64,000 bases of DNA from Nitrospirota bacterium (GCA_963796285.1 CAWCKW010000012.1:1408001-1472000); one strand, 5' to 3'; counted from the first letter of the stretch, positions 32,233 through 45,308 are shown. Program-made: numbers and translations. The notes: a model not told the origin generated them from the sequence alone.

Positions 32233-32796
32233 TCACAGCTTCAAAAAGTTCCTGAGCAGGTCCTTCCCCGCCCCGGTCAAGATGGACTCGGGGTGGAACT
32301 GCACCCCTTCGACCTTGAACTGCCTGTGCCTCACGCCCATGATGATGCCGTCGTCGGTCCATGCCGTCACTTCGAGCACCGGCGGCAGGGTATCGCGCTT
32401 GATGATGAGCGAATGGTAGCGCGTGGCCTCAAACGGGTTCGGGAGGCCGCTGAAGATGGTCTTGTTGTCGTGATGGATCATCGAGGTCTTGCCGTGCATC
32501 AGGTAGGGCGCGCGGATCACGTCGCCGCCAAAGGCCTCGCCGATCGACTGGTGGCCGAGGCAGACGCCGAGGAGCGGTACCCTGCCCGCGAAGTGTTTGA
32601 TCACGTCGATCGAGATCCCCGCTTCTTTTGGCGTACAGGGCCCGGGCGAGATCACGATGCGCTCGGGCCTCATCTTCTCGATCTCAGGGATCGTGATCTT
32701 GTTGTTCCGGTACACCTTCAGGTCCTGCCCCAACTCGCCCAGATACTGGACCAGGTTGTAGGTGAAGGAATCGTAATTGTCGATCATCAAAAGCAT
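32233..32796 (-). CDS. trpG: Anthranilate synthase component II (glutamine amidotransferase)
   Basis: [21 protein letters not shown]. Confidence 0.95.
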   Translation of the reverse strand: MLLMIDNYDSFTYNLVQYLGELGQDLKVYRNNKITIPEIEKMRPERIVISPGPCTPKEAGISIDVIKHFAGRVPLLGVCLGHQSIGEAFGGDVIRAPYLMHGKTSMIHHDNKTIFSGLPNPFEATRYHSLIIKRDTLPPVLEVTAWTDDGIIMGVRHRQFKVEGVQFHPESILTGAGKDLLRNFLKL

Positions 32797-32816
32797 AAAA
32801 AACCTCTAAAATCGTC

Positions 32817-32965
32817 TCTCGCAAAGGCGCAAAGTACCAAAGTTTTAAGTCTGAATGCGTCAAAATCTTTGAGAGTACCTTTGCTTTTTTCCGTGTCCAA
32901 AGCGTTTTCTCTAACATTTTTTGGTCTTGTTTTTCTTTTCTTTGCATCTTTGCGACTTTGCGCGA
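32817..32965. repeat. Palindromic element TCGCAAAGGCGCAAAG...CTTTGCGACTTTGCGCGA
   Basis: Inverted arms between trpE and trpG. Confidence 0.65.
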
Positions 32966-32997
32966 AAACCGTCTTGGCTTTTGTTTATGTCTGCGTC

Positions 32998-34486
32998 TTA
33001 ATCCAACCCCTTCTCCGCCATCTCCACGGCCCGCATCATGGCCTTGGCCTTGTTCACCGTTTCCTGATACTCGGCGGCCGGGTCGCTGTCCGCCACCACG
33101 CCGCCGCCTGCCTGGATGTAGGCAATGTTGTCCTTGATCACGAGCGTGCGGATCGTGATGCAGGTGTCCATGTTGCCCGAGAACCCGAAATATCCGACCG
33201 CGCCCGCATACGGCCCGCGCCGCGTAGGTTCAAGCTCATCGATGATCTGCATGGCGCGGATCTTGGGGGCGCCCGACACCGTGCCGGCCGGAAAACACGC
33301 CCGGATCACGTCATAGGAGTCATTGTTGACCGACAATTTTCCGCGCACGTTCGACACGATATGCATCACGTGCGAGTACCGCTCGATCACCATAAGTTCG
33401 CTCACCTTCACGCTGCCCGGTTCGCTCACCCGGCCCACGTCGTTCCTGCCGAGGTCCACGAGCATGATATGCTCGGCCCGCTCTTTCGGATCTGCAAGCA
33501 GTTCTCCGGCGAGCGCCTTGTCCTCTTCCTCCGTGGCGCCTCGTCGGCGCGTGCCCGCGATCGGCCTGAGGTCGATCGTGCCGCCCTCGAGCCTCACCAT
33601 GACCTCGGGAGACGCGCCCACAACCGTCGCGTCGCCGCAGCGGAGAAAATACATGTACGGCGACGGGTTGACCAGCCGCAGCGCGCGATAGATCTCATAG
33701 GGCTCGACATTGATCTTCGTCTGGAACCGCTGGGACGGCACGACCTGGAAGATGTCCCCTGCCTTGATGTACTCCTTTGCCTTCAGCACCGCCTGCTCGT
33801 ACTGCGGCTGGGTAAAATTGGAGGTGAGCGTGTGTCCCGTTGTCTTCGCTTTCTCTCTTGACCCCTGCCCCTTGCCCCTTGACCCCCGCTTTCAGCTTCC
33901 TGACGAGGGCGTTGATCTTCTTCGTCGCCTCATGGTAGGCCGCCTCGACGGATCTGCCCTTCACATGCGCGTTCGACACCACCTTGATCATGTGGGTGAT
34001 GTTGTCGAAGATCACGAGCGTGTCGGTGATCATGAAAAAGACATCGGGAATATCGAGACCGCTCTTCTCGCGGCCCGGCAGTTCCTCGAAAAAACGGACC
34101 ACATCGTAGCCCATGAACCCGACGGCGCCGCCGAAGAAACGCGGCAGCGACGGATCGGGCACGGGCACATACGCGGACAGGACCTTCTTGATCACCTCAA
34201 GCGGGTCGCGCTCAAAGGACCGCTTTTGAGTTTTTCCGTCCCTGATGACCTCGACGGTGCGGCCGAAGCTCCTGACCACGACCGACGGCCTGCTTCCGAG
34301 GAACGAATAACGCGCCCACTTCTCGCCGCCTTCCATGCTTTCAAGAAGGAAGGAATGGCGGCCATCGTCGATCTTCTGAAATGCGGACACCGGCGTTTCC
34401 ATGTCCGCAAGGATCTCGCGATACACGGGGATGAGGTTGCCTTTTTTCGCCTTCTTTTTGAACTCCTCAAGAGAGGGCTGGAACAT
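32998..34486 (-). CDS. trpE: Anthranilate synthase component I (frameshift near 33830)
   Basis: [43 protein letters not shown]. Confidence 0.95.
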
Positions 34487-34516
34487 AAAACTCCTTGCAA
34501 AATAAGAGGTTTGCGT

Positions 34517-34546
34517 ACTATACCAGATAATTTAAAGAAGTGTCAA
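34517..34546 (-). promoter_or_regulatory. sigma70 promoter of the trp operon
   Basis: TTGACA-18 bp-TATAGT with an extended TG, about 30 nt upstream of the trpE ATG; AAGGAG RBS. Confidence 0.65.
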
Positions 34547-34751
34547 TCAGAAAGAAATCTTGAGCGATGTTAGAGCTTGGCGAGGGAGTCCGGAGCGGTT
34601 ACTGAAGCGATTGCTGTCGATGAATACTTACAAACAATAAGGTCAGCCTACACTGAACAAGCGGTTAGGAATCACATGACATTCGATAATAGATGTGGCA
34701 ATAAGTATGCTGCGAACGCTCTTCGACGTTCACACGAAACATCGTCCTGGG

Positions 34752-36652
<1,901 letters not shown>

Positions 36653-36806
36653 TGGATAACCTCCTATCTCCTGACTACTACCTGGTGACTTTCCTCTTTT
36701 CGCGGCAGATTATAGATCATGAGGAACGATAAAGCAATATGAAGTTTGGCTTGCACCGTTTTGCCGCTCACGCAGCGCGTCTAACTCCATGCCGTATCTT
36801 ACTGCC

Positions 36807-37964
36807 CTATAGCATTGATTCCACCATCTTCCTGAAGTATCGGCAGTTATCCTCCAGGTCCGGGCCGTGCTTGAACAGCCCGCCGCCGATCAGAAATATC
36901 AGGTCCCGACCGTACGTCTCGAGCATTTCAGGGATGCGGTCAAGGCCCATGCCGCCGCCCGGTGCGGGGAAGATGGATTTAAGATGCCCCATGGGCTCGG
37001 ACGTTGCCTTGACGATCTCCCGGCACTCCTCGCGGCTAAATGAGAAGCGTCCGCCGAAGTTCGGGAAGATGGTCGCATCCGCGCCGGCCAGGCGCGCAAG
37101 CTGGCCGAAAATAACGCCGTGGGACATCCCATTGGCACTCGTCACAAAACTCCCTTGCAAAGCCGGATGCGTAAGGATCGGCAGCGCGATCGAGTCGTCA
37201 TCCGCCAGCTCCCGCATCAGATCAAAGCCGATCAATCCCGGCGCAACCATCAGACCGCCTGCTCCCGCGTCCTTTGCCATCCTGCCCCTCTTGACGACCT
37301 CGCTATGAGGAGCGGTAATATTTGCGACATAGATCGTCCGATGGCCGGTTTCCTTGGCCGCCCGCTGTACTGCCTCGGCACATCGCTTTACCCGTTCCTC
37401 GAAAGGCGAACAGCCTTGATTGGTCAGGCCGTGGTCGTCCTTGATGATGTCCATGCCTCCCCGGGCGAGCTGGTATGCCAGGTCTGCAAGCTCCTGTGAC
37501 GAAAGACCCATGGGTTTGATCGCCGAAGAAAGCAGCGGCCGCTTCGGTATGTTCAGGAGGCTTCTTAGCCCCTCCCTGCCAAAGCGCGGCCCTTTGAAGC
37601 GGCGCAGAAGCGATTCAGGCAGATCAAGATGTTCGACGCGGATGCCCGGCTTGATGCTGCTGTTGCCGAACACGACATTCAGGAACTGCGTCAGTTCGCC
37701 AGCAGCGATCTCAACTGCATAGCTGATGACTGCCCTGAAATGTTTACGATCAAGCGGTTCAAACAGTTCGATCCGGCCAAAGACATGGTCCCTGATGATC
37801 CCTTCCGGCACTTCGTCCGCGGGGAATTCCACCGTCTGTTCGATACAGATGTCCTCTGCCCTGGCACGCGCTTCCTTCTCACTGCCGGTAAGGCGGTATG
37901 TCACGGAGAAGCGGTCGCCGGAAAAAAGAGCGGCCTGGGTGCAGGTCTTCTGGATAATAGACAT
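36807..37964 (-). CDS. RuBisCO-like protein (form IV), R. rubrum/DeepYkr-like; probable methylthio-/deoxy-ribulose-1-P isomerase
   Basis: CIEQTVE, FGN, IKPMG, IIKDDHGL (E204 to H), HPA, FPNFGGRF, PAPGGG, IGGG. Confidence 0.88.
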   Translation of the reverse strand: MSIIQKTCTQAALFSGDRFSVTYRLTGSEKEARARAEDICIEQTVEFPADEVPEGIIRDHVFGRIELFEPLDRKHFRAVISYAVEIAAGELTQFLNVVFGNSSIKPGIRVEHLDLPESLLRRFKGPRFGREGLRSLLNIPKRPLLSSAIKPMGLSSQELADLAYQLARGGMDIIKDDHGLTNQGCSPFEERVKRCAEAVQRAAKETGHRTIYVANITAPHSEVVKRGRMAKDAGAGGLMVAPGLIGFDLMRELADDDSIALPILTHPALQGSFVTSANGMSHGVIFGQLARLAGADATIFPNFGGRFSFSREECREIVKATSEPMGHLKSIFPAPGGGMGLDRIPEMLETYGRDLIFLIGGGLFKHGPDLEDNCRYFRKMVESML

Positions 37965-38033
37965 CGGGAGAAGATGTGCTCCTTTGATATTATTGGACGA
38001 ATACAGTTAAAGAACCAGAACTAAACCAGTTCT

Positions 38034-38112
38034 AACCGCCGAGACGCGGAGGCGCAGAGAAAATCTTTCTTTCAATCTGCATTTCTCCCGCAATTCTCCG
38101 CGCCTCAGCGGT
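38034..38112. repeat. Palindromic element ACCGCCGAGACGCGGAG...CTCCGCGCCTCAGCGGT
   Basis: Inverted arms between the SDR and RLP genes. Confidence 0.65.
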
Positions 38113-38121
38113 AAATTATAA

Positions 38122-39642
38122 CTACCAGTCAATGGGGAAATAATCCTTGAGAAATTTTCCGCACCAGTGCCTCCCTGTTAAGATCCCGTCAAAGAAGGGA
38201 TCGCAGACCCTGGCAGCTCCATCCACAATATCCAGGGGAGGTTGGAAATCATGTACTGTTTGCTTGTAATGGGAAAGCTCCGCGGGATCTTCATCAGTGA
38301 CCCAGCCCGTATCAACGGCATTCATAAAGATACCGTCTTTGGCAAGGTCTTCCGCCGAGGTATGGGTCATCATATTCAGGGCCGCTTTCGCCATATTCGT
38401 ATGAGGATGACGCGCGTCTTTTTTGAATCTGAAAAACTTTCCTTCCATGGCAGTTACGTTGACAATATGCTTTTGGCCGGTATGAGCACGCCGCATCAGC
38501 GATGCCAATCTATTGCACAGCACAAAGGGAGCCACGGCATTCACCAGCTGTACTTCAAGCATTTCCGTTGTCGGGATCTCTCCCAACCGCAAACGCCAGC
38601 TGTTTGTCTTGCGCAGATCCACCTGTTGAAGGTCGGCGTCCAGTTGCCCTGTGGGGAATATCTCCTCAGCCGCGAGCGAGCTGTCGTGACTGTACGGGAT
38701 CTGTGACAGCTGGGCCGATTCGCGTAAACCTATGCCGGGGTTCTGATTATGCCATGCAACAGGAAGGTCAGAGTTTTCGTTCTGGCAAATAGATTGGATT
38801 TGCTTCTTGCACTCCTCATGGTCAGCGAGAAGCCTCTGCGCCTCCCTGGACAATCCGCTGAAACCGACTTTTTCATGTTCCATCAGATGGGCATAAAAAC
38901 CCGGAGGCCGCCTCACCGTCTGAGCGGCATTATTGATCAGGATATCAAGACGCCCGTATCTCTGTTCCAGATAACTGGTAAATAGCTCAACACTGGGGAT
39001 ATGCCTCAGATCAAGACCGTGAATATGCAGCCTGTCTCCCCATACAGCATAGCCCTCTTCTTTGGAATATCTGATAGCCGCGTCAACGGGAAAACGTGTC
39101 GTGGCGATCACCGTTGCCCCGGCGCGCAGCAACATCAGGGTCGCCTGGTAGCCGATCTTAAGCCGTGCGCCGGTGATGAATGCAACCTGCCCCTGAAGCG
39201 ATGCGGACTGAAACCGTTTCCGGTAATTCAGGTCGCCGCATTTCTTGCACATCGTGTCATAGAAATGATGCAGCTGGGTATACTCTTCTTTGCATATATA
39301 GCAATTGCGCGGCGAATCCAGTTTTTCACTCTTTTGTTTGGCCTCAGATGAATGACCTTCGATCTGCTCCGGCGCAACAAAGGTTGCATCAGCACGCGCA
39401 CTCCTGATCCCCGTGCTGTTTCTGGCGCGCCGATTATTCTCAAGAGTTGACAGCCTCTTTGTTTTGCTTGCCGTCTTGTTTCTCTTTTTCCGTTCCGCTC
39501 TGTCGGGACGGGATATATCGCCGGTCGCTTTCAGAAGGGCGATTCGCTGTTCTTCTGGAAGGTTAGCAAGCTGGTCCGTATCTTTTACGAGATTTGCGAG
39601 AAGGGCAATGCAATTTTCAATTTCTTCGGAAGAGTGTTTCAT
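38122..39642 (-). CDS. Atypical long SDR oxidoreductase with N-terminal CxxC...CxxC
   Basis: [37 protein letters not shown]. Confidence 0.82.
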   Translation of the reverse strand: MKHSSEEIENCIALLANLVKDTDQLANLPEEQRIALLKATGDISRPDRAERKKRNKTASKTKRLSTLENNRRARNSTGIRSARADATFVAPEQIEGHSSEAKQKSEKLDSPRNCYICKEEYTQLHHFYDTMCKKCGDLNYRKRFQSASLQGQVAFITGARLKIGYQATLMLLRAGATVIATTRFPVDAAIRYSKEEGYAVWGDRLHIHGLDLRHIPSVELFTSYLEQRYGRLDILINNAAQTVRRPPGFYAHLMEHEKVGFSGLSREAQRLLADHEECKKQIQSICQNENSDLPVAWHNQNPGIGLRESAQLSQIPYSHDSSLAAEEIFPTGQLDADLQQVDLRKTNSWRLRLGEIPTTEMLEVQLVNAVAPFVLCNRLASLMRRAHTGQKHIVNVTAMEGKFFRFKKDARHPHTNMAKAALNMMTHTSAEDLAKDGIFMNAVDTGWVTDEDPAELSHYKQTVHDFQPPLDIVDGAARVCDPFFDGILTGRHWCGKFLKDYFPIDW

Positions 39643-39707
39643 TAGACAATATTCTCTATTCTCATTTATAAGGTTTCTCATTCCGCACGCAAAAATCCGA
39701 AATGGCT

Positions 39708-41699
39708 CTAAAGCGCCTCAGCCTTTGCCATGCTGTGCACCGCTGTAATATGCGCTTCTGCAAGCTCGTCTTCGGAGACATTGAACCGCTGACCAATCAT
39801 TGCTTCAACTTCCCTGATCAACGAAAGCGCATCCATCTTGTGTTCCTTCAGGAGATACTGTTTGCTCGCCCCGTGGCTGAAGGTATCCTGGAGGCCGATC
39901 CTGACGAGTTTCTTCGCAATGCCTGCTTCCGCCATCTTCTCGGCGATGATGGAACCCAGGCCGCCGACGATGGTGTGGTTCTCCATGGTGATCACGCCAA
40001 AGCGTGACTTGCGCTATCGCATCGAGAACAGTCTGGTCATTGAATGGTTTTAAGTGTTGAGATATGCATATGCTGGATAGACAGGCCGCGCTTCTTGAGC
40101 ACCTGTATTGCCCGCATGGCCTCCTCGGTCATGATGCCGCTTGACAGGACCGTTATGTCGTTCCCTTCGGACAACACCCGCGCCTTGCCGAATTTCATCG
40201 GGCTGTCGAAGAGCCGCGGGATCTCGCCCCGGAGCATTCTCACATACACCGGCCCGTTGATTTTTTCGATCACTTCGAGGACGGATCTCTACCTCGGTCG
40301 CGTCCCCGCACTCGAGCACGGTCATGTTCGGCAAGGCGCGCATGACCGCGATGTCCTCGATGGCCTGATGGGTCGCCCCGCCCGGCGTGGTAATGCCCGG
40401 AAGGAAGCCGATCATCCGGACCGGCAGATTGGGATACGCGACGGACATGGCGATCTGGTCATACGCGCGGCGGTAGATAAAGACCGCGAAGGTATGCACA
40501 AAGGGAATGAACCCTTCCCGCGCAAGGCCCGCGGCAAAGCTCAGCATGTTCTGCTCGGCAATGCCCATGGACAGGAAGCGGTCGGGATAGGTGATCGCGG
40601 AACAGGTCGATCTCCGTGGAGCTCGTGAGGTCGGCGGAGAGCACCAGCACTTTTGGTTTGTCCGCTGCCCATCGTACGAGGTTCTTTGCATGGACCCTGG
40701 TAACGATCTCAGGACCTGATGGAGGCTTTTGCGGGGGCCTTCTCCTTCTTTTGTCTCAGGCGGACACTCCCTGCCGCATAGCTCCGCATAGGCGGCCACA
40801 TAGCGGCCCTTTTCCTCTTCGCTCGTAAAGCGGACATAGTGCATCTTCGGGGCGCGGGCTTCAGGACGTCGAGTCCCCGTGCCGCATCGGTGTCGCACAG
40901 CACAACAACGGGCCGTCCATCAGGAGTAAGCGATCCGGCATCTGCCAGACGCTTGATGTCGTGCCCATTCACCCGGAGCACCCGGCAGCCGAAGGATTCA
41001 AGCCTCTTGTCCAGCGGTTCGATGTCCATGACCGTGCACATCTTGCCGTCGCACTGGAACCCGTTCACATCAACGTAGATGATCACGTTGTCGAGCATGT
41101 GGATGCGAAAGGGCCTGGAGCGCCTCCCAGGTCTGGCCGATCTGGAACTCGCCATCGGACATGAAGATGAACACCCTGCCCTTCTCTTCCTTTCGTTTTC
41201 TTGCCATGGCAATGCCGGCTGCCTGGCTGATGCCCTGTCCCAGAGAACCGGTCATGGTCTCCATGCCCGGCGAGTGCTCCGCGCCGATCATCTCGACGGA
41301 GCTTCCATCCTTATTGAACTGGAGAAGCCCTTCCTCGGCCATGCGGCCGGTCTCGATCAGGGTCGCGTACAGGACCAGGGCGTACTGGGCCGGAGAGAGG
41401 AAGAAGCGGTCGTGGTCCGGGCCCGGGCCGTTAAATGAAGCGCCGGTAAAGTAATCCGGGTTGTCCGGGCCAGGCACGCCGGGAAAGGGCCGGGGCACGA
41501 GCGGAGTCTCGATCGTGCCGAGGTCCATGACCTTCACATAGAGCGTTGCCAGGATCTCGGCTGATGAACAGGCCTGGGAGAGATATCCTCCGTTGTTCCT
41601 GATCGTATGCTCCAGCACGCGACGCCGGATGCCTGCTGCCACGCGCCTGACCTCGTCCTGCCAGGTCGATGATTCCTTTTTTTTATCTGCTGACTTCAT
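39708..41699 (-). CDS. Transketolase-family ThDP enzyme; N- and C-terminal halves possibly fused; multiple frameshifts
   Basis: [20 protein letters not shown]...N, GHD; SADL, GIAEQNM, GGATHQ, YVR, ENH..GGLG. No clear separate start for the C-half. Confidence 0.85.
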
Positions 41700-41774
41700 T
41701 GCTCTCACAAATGCTCCTTATCATATAATTCTAACCCGGACAAGCCGGACTAAAATGAAAAAAGCTAAAAGGCG

Positions 41775-41892
41775 TCTCGCGCAAAGACGCAAAGCCGCAA
41801 AGAAAGGCTAAATCATGGTTTTTAAACTAGGCCTGAAGCTTTCCTTTGCGTCTTTGCGGCTCAGTGTGGCCCTCTTCTTGGCCATTGCGCGA
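41775..41892. repeat. Palindromic element TCGCGCAAAGACGCAAAG...CTTTGCGTCTTTGCG
   Basis: Same family as 30128, 32817 and 47844. Confidence 0.65.
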
Positions 41893-41902
41893 AAAAAGGT
41901 TT

Positions 41903-43012
41903 CTATCTTTCGTCTTTTAAGACCACGCTCCTCAGCTGCTCAGCCGCGTCCTCGGGGCAGATCGTATTCACAAAGAGGCCGGACCCCAGTTCAAATCCCG
42001 TGGGAATGCTCGTGCGCGGGCAGATCTCGATATGCCAGTGAAACGCCGGCGCGCTCGCCGCGTACTCAGCGCCGTGCGGCAGCGAATGGACAAAATAGTT
42101 GTACTGCGCGCCGCCGAGCACGGCATTGAGCCGCGCCATGGTCCTCCTGAAGAGGCCCGCCAGATCGACAAGGTCCTCAGAGGTCGCATCGAGAAAATCA
42201 GCCTGGTGAGCAAGCGGCAGGATATGCACCTCCCACTCGTAGCGGCTCGCAAAGGGTTTTATGGCAATGAACCGGCTGCTGCGCTCGATGACGAACTGTC
42301 CCACGTTGATCTTCCGGCGGAGTGCGCCCGACTCCCGGTCGTACAGGGTCGCTTCAAAGGTGAGCGCCTCATCGATGAGGCTGCAAAAAACGCATTGGCG
42401 AGCGGTCCGGTAAAACACCGTGCTGTGGCGGACCTCCGCCAGCACATTGCGGGGCACCACGGGCATGGCGATCATCTGGCTGTGGGTGTGGCTGATGCTG
42501 GCACCCGCGGCAGGACCGAAGTTTTTGAACACGAGCACATACTGCAGCCGGTCGTCAGTATGATAGAGCTGCTCCATCCGGCCGCGATAGGTCGACAGGA
42601 GCAGTGCAAGGTGTTCTTCCGCCATTTCATGGACCCTGATGCCGTGCGAAGCATGGTCGATGATCACTTCGTGCCGTCCGTAACCGTCGATCGTCTGCTG
42701 AAGACCAAAGGCAAAATTCGGGTTCTCCCGGTCGTCCCCGAGCACGGGATAGAGGTTCTCCACGATGCGGAGCTGCCAGACCCCCTCCGCAGGGACCTGC
42801 GCGATCAACGCGGGGGTCATCGCCTCATTGCCGCGGCAGAATGGGCACGTGGCCACGTGCGGCCGTTCGTCGTACGGCGCCAGGGCTTCCTCTTTTTTGG
42901 GGCGCATGCTGCGCGCCGTGGCCACGAGCACGGACTCGCTCGGTACGATCGGATTGATCCGTATCTCGCGTATGATCTTTGCTCCCGGCATTTGGACTGG
43001 CTGCGCACTCAT
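41903..43012 (-). CDS. GalT-family (HIT) nucleotidyltransferase
   Basis: CPFC.GNE, NLYP, GRHEVII, FKN.G..AGASISHTHSQ, HWHIEI, GFELG. Confidence 0.88.
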   Translation of the reverse strand: MSAQPVQMPGAKIIREIRINPIVPSESVLVATARSMRPKKEEALAPYDERPHVATCPFCRGNEAMTPALIAQVPAEGVWQLRIVENLYPVLGDDRENPNFAFGLQQTIDGYGRHEVIIDHASHGIRVHEMAEEHLALLLSTYRGRMEQLYHTDDRLQYVLVFKNFGPAAGASISHTHSQMIAMPVVPRNVLAEVRHSTVFYRTARQCVFCSLIDEALTFEATLYDRESGALRRKINVGQFVIERSSRFIAIKPFASRYEWEVHILPLAHQADFLDATSEDLVDLAGLFRRTMARLNAVLGGAQYNYFVHSLPHGAEYAASAPAFHWHIEICPRTSIPTGFELGSGLFVNTICPEDAAEQLRSVVLKDER

Positions 43013-43098
43013 TCACATTCTCCAGGACCCCAGGGAGTCGTTGTTGTTTTCCAGCGCAAGATACCCGGTCCGATACCGCATTCGCATGACCAGGGCAG

Positions 43099-43473
43099 TT
43101 AAACGCTAATCGCGACGTCCCGATGAACGCTTTCCGGAGAAAAAGCAGGCGTACAAACGGCAATATACTCCGCACCGTCGGGGCCGGGTGTGCTGTACTG
43201 CACCCATTCGCCCCTGCCGGCGATAATGGCTTCACCAGCTTGTACTTCATGAACACCCGACCTCGTCATAACTCGCAGCATGCCTTTCAGGACAAGCGTG
43301 TATTCATCGAATTCAGGCGTCTGGCCCGGCTCGCTCCACTCTGCGGGGCTTTTCATCCGCGCGATGCTTACTGCTTCGGTCTTCGAATTTACCCGGCCGA
43401 TGAACTCCTCGATCGTTTTTGGTTTGTTACCAACAGCCCGTATCACCGTCGGCTTTGTGAAATGGGTCGTCAT
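43099..43473 (-). CDS. EutQ-like cupin
   Basis: IEEFIGRVN, EPGQTPEFDEYTLVL, WVQYSTP, AVC.PAF. Confidence 0.8.
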   Translation of the reverse strand: MTTHFTKPTVIRAVGNKPKTIEEFIGRVNSKTEAVSIARMKSPAEWSEPGQTPEFDEYTLVLKGMLRVMTRSGVHEVQAGEAIIAGRGEWVQYSTPGPDGAEYIAVCTPAFSPESVHRDVAISV

Positions 43474-43804
43474 GGGGTCCTCCGAATGAACGCTGCGGTT
43501 CCATCGTCTTTGTGAATGAAGCGTAGAATATCGAGATCGACATTCAGGGTGCCGAGGGTGCACTATCTGTCCCCGCGTTTGAGAAAAGCGTACTATAACT
43601 GAACAAATTAGCCAAGATTTTTGATGAGCTACCGCTGAGGTTGTTATTGCTCTGCACCGATAAAAGCTCAATGACAGGTAATACTGATATTTATTGCAGA
43701 TTATGAAACACGCTACCTACTCATCGTATATGCCTGACCGGACCTGCTCCATGCCTGATAAAGGGAAAAGTGCAAGCTCGCGCACTTGCAGATCCCACGA
43801 CATC

Positions 43805-44455
43805 CTATTTCCACACCCGGTGCTTCAGTCCCGCGATATCCGCCATCCGCAGCTCTGCCGCATGCGTCTTACCCTGCCTGATGAGATCAATGACGTCGGA
43901 GTCCACGATCGCCTGAAACACCTGCCTCCGTTTGCTCTCATCAGGGACCTCTTCAAGGACCCGCTTACGGATCGCCGACAGCTTCTCGAGGAAGATCTCA
44001 TACTCAGTGCCATACCTCTGTTCGATATCCTGCCTGATCTTCTTCGAAAGTGCCGGGCTTGCGCCGCTCGTGGAAATCGCGATCAGGAGATCTCCCCGCT
44101 CCACTACCGAGGGCACTATGAAGCTGCTCTCCTCGGGAGGCACGGCCACGTTCACCAGCACATGTTTTTTCCTGCATGCCGACGCCACCAGGGTGTTCAC
44201 CTCGGCCGAATCGCGTCGCGGCGATCACGAGGAACTGCGCCGGAGAGGTCCTTTTCATCATACTTTTTCTGGAGATGGGTGATTTTGCCGGAGTCGGAGA
44301 GCTCGTGCAGTTTCGGAGTGAGCGCGGGGCTATATGATCGTTACCACAGCCCCTGCTTCAAGAAGCGCGAGCGCCTTGCGCTCGGCCACGGCGCCGCCGC
44401 CGATGACCAGGCAGGGCCGCTCGCGCAGATCCAGATACGCGGGGTAATATTTCAT
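43805..44455 (-). CDS. Precorrin-2 dehydrogenase / sirohydrochlorin ferrochelatase (frameshifted)
   Basis: [24 protein letters not shown]; [15 protein letters not shown]. Confidence 0.88.
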
Positions 44456-45179
44456 GGCTTTTGCAGTTTATGAATGTGGGAAATGGCCGTTTCCTTCATG
44501 GCCGGATATTTCTGCGCAAGCGTTTCGAACCTGGCGCGCGCCAGGTCCCGCTCGCCGAGCTTCATATAGGAAAGTCCCGCGTAGTAGAGCGCGTCTTTTT
44601 CCGAGGGCGTGCCGGGATAATCATGCAACAGCTTCTCGCACCTTCCCGCGGCCGCCTTATATGACCCCTTCTTGTAGATAGAAATGCGCAACGTAGAGCT
44701 CGTACTCCGCGATCCAGTCCGTGCAGATGGAAATATATTTCCTCGCCTGTTCTTCATAGCCGCTCTTTGGATACTTGTCGAGGAGCTTCCGCATCTCTCT
44801 GATCACGGCATGGGCCGGCGCGGGGTCCCGGTCGATGGTCAAGAGTTCCTTGTAGCTGCACATCGCGATCTGGTACTGGGCGTAGGCCGCGTCTTTGTGC
44901 ACCGGATGGTAGTTCAGAAAGGCCTGATACTCGACCAGCGCCTCGCTGTATTTCTCATCGCCGTAGTACGTGTCGGCGATGCGAAGCATCAGGACAGCGT
45001 CATAGCTCTTGTCCGGCGACTTTTCCTGCATCTGCTGGTAGCCCTTGCGCGCCTTTTCGTATGCCTCATTCCGCATGTTCTCTTCGGCTTCTTTGAACAC
45101 CGCCACCGCGTCATAGGGCGGCGGCTTCGACGCATCCGGCAAGGAGGGAAAGGATCACTATGAAGAAGATTTTTTTCAT
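44452..45179 (-). CDS. bamD: Outer membrane assembly lipoprotein BamD (frameshifted)
   Basis: Lipobox LAGC from ATG 45179; TPRs, [25 protein letters not shown]. Confidence 0.85.
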
Positions 45180-45308
45180 AAGAAGGGGAAATTCCGGATA
45201 ACGAGCACCAAATCGCCAACAAGCTCAGAGAAGAATCAAAGACCAATTTTAAACTCCGGGTCATCGAAATTGATAATTGAATTTAGGGATCGAAATTCGA
45301 ATTAAGTA

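Noticed and set aside
36807-37964. CO2-fixing RuBisCO / Calvin cycle with transketolase
   Set aside because: KDDH instead of KDDE, the second Lys of KPK is missing, loop-6 Lys is replaced by Arg, and there is no prk or small subunit. This is form IV.
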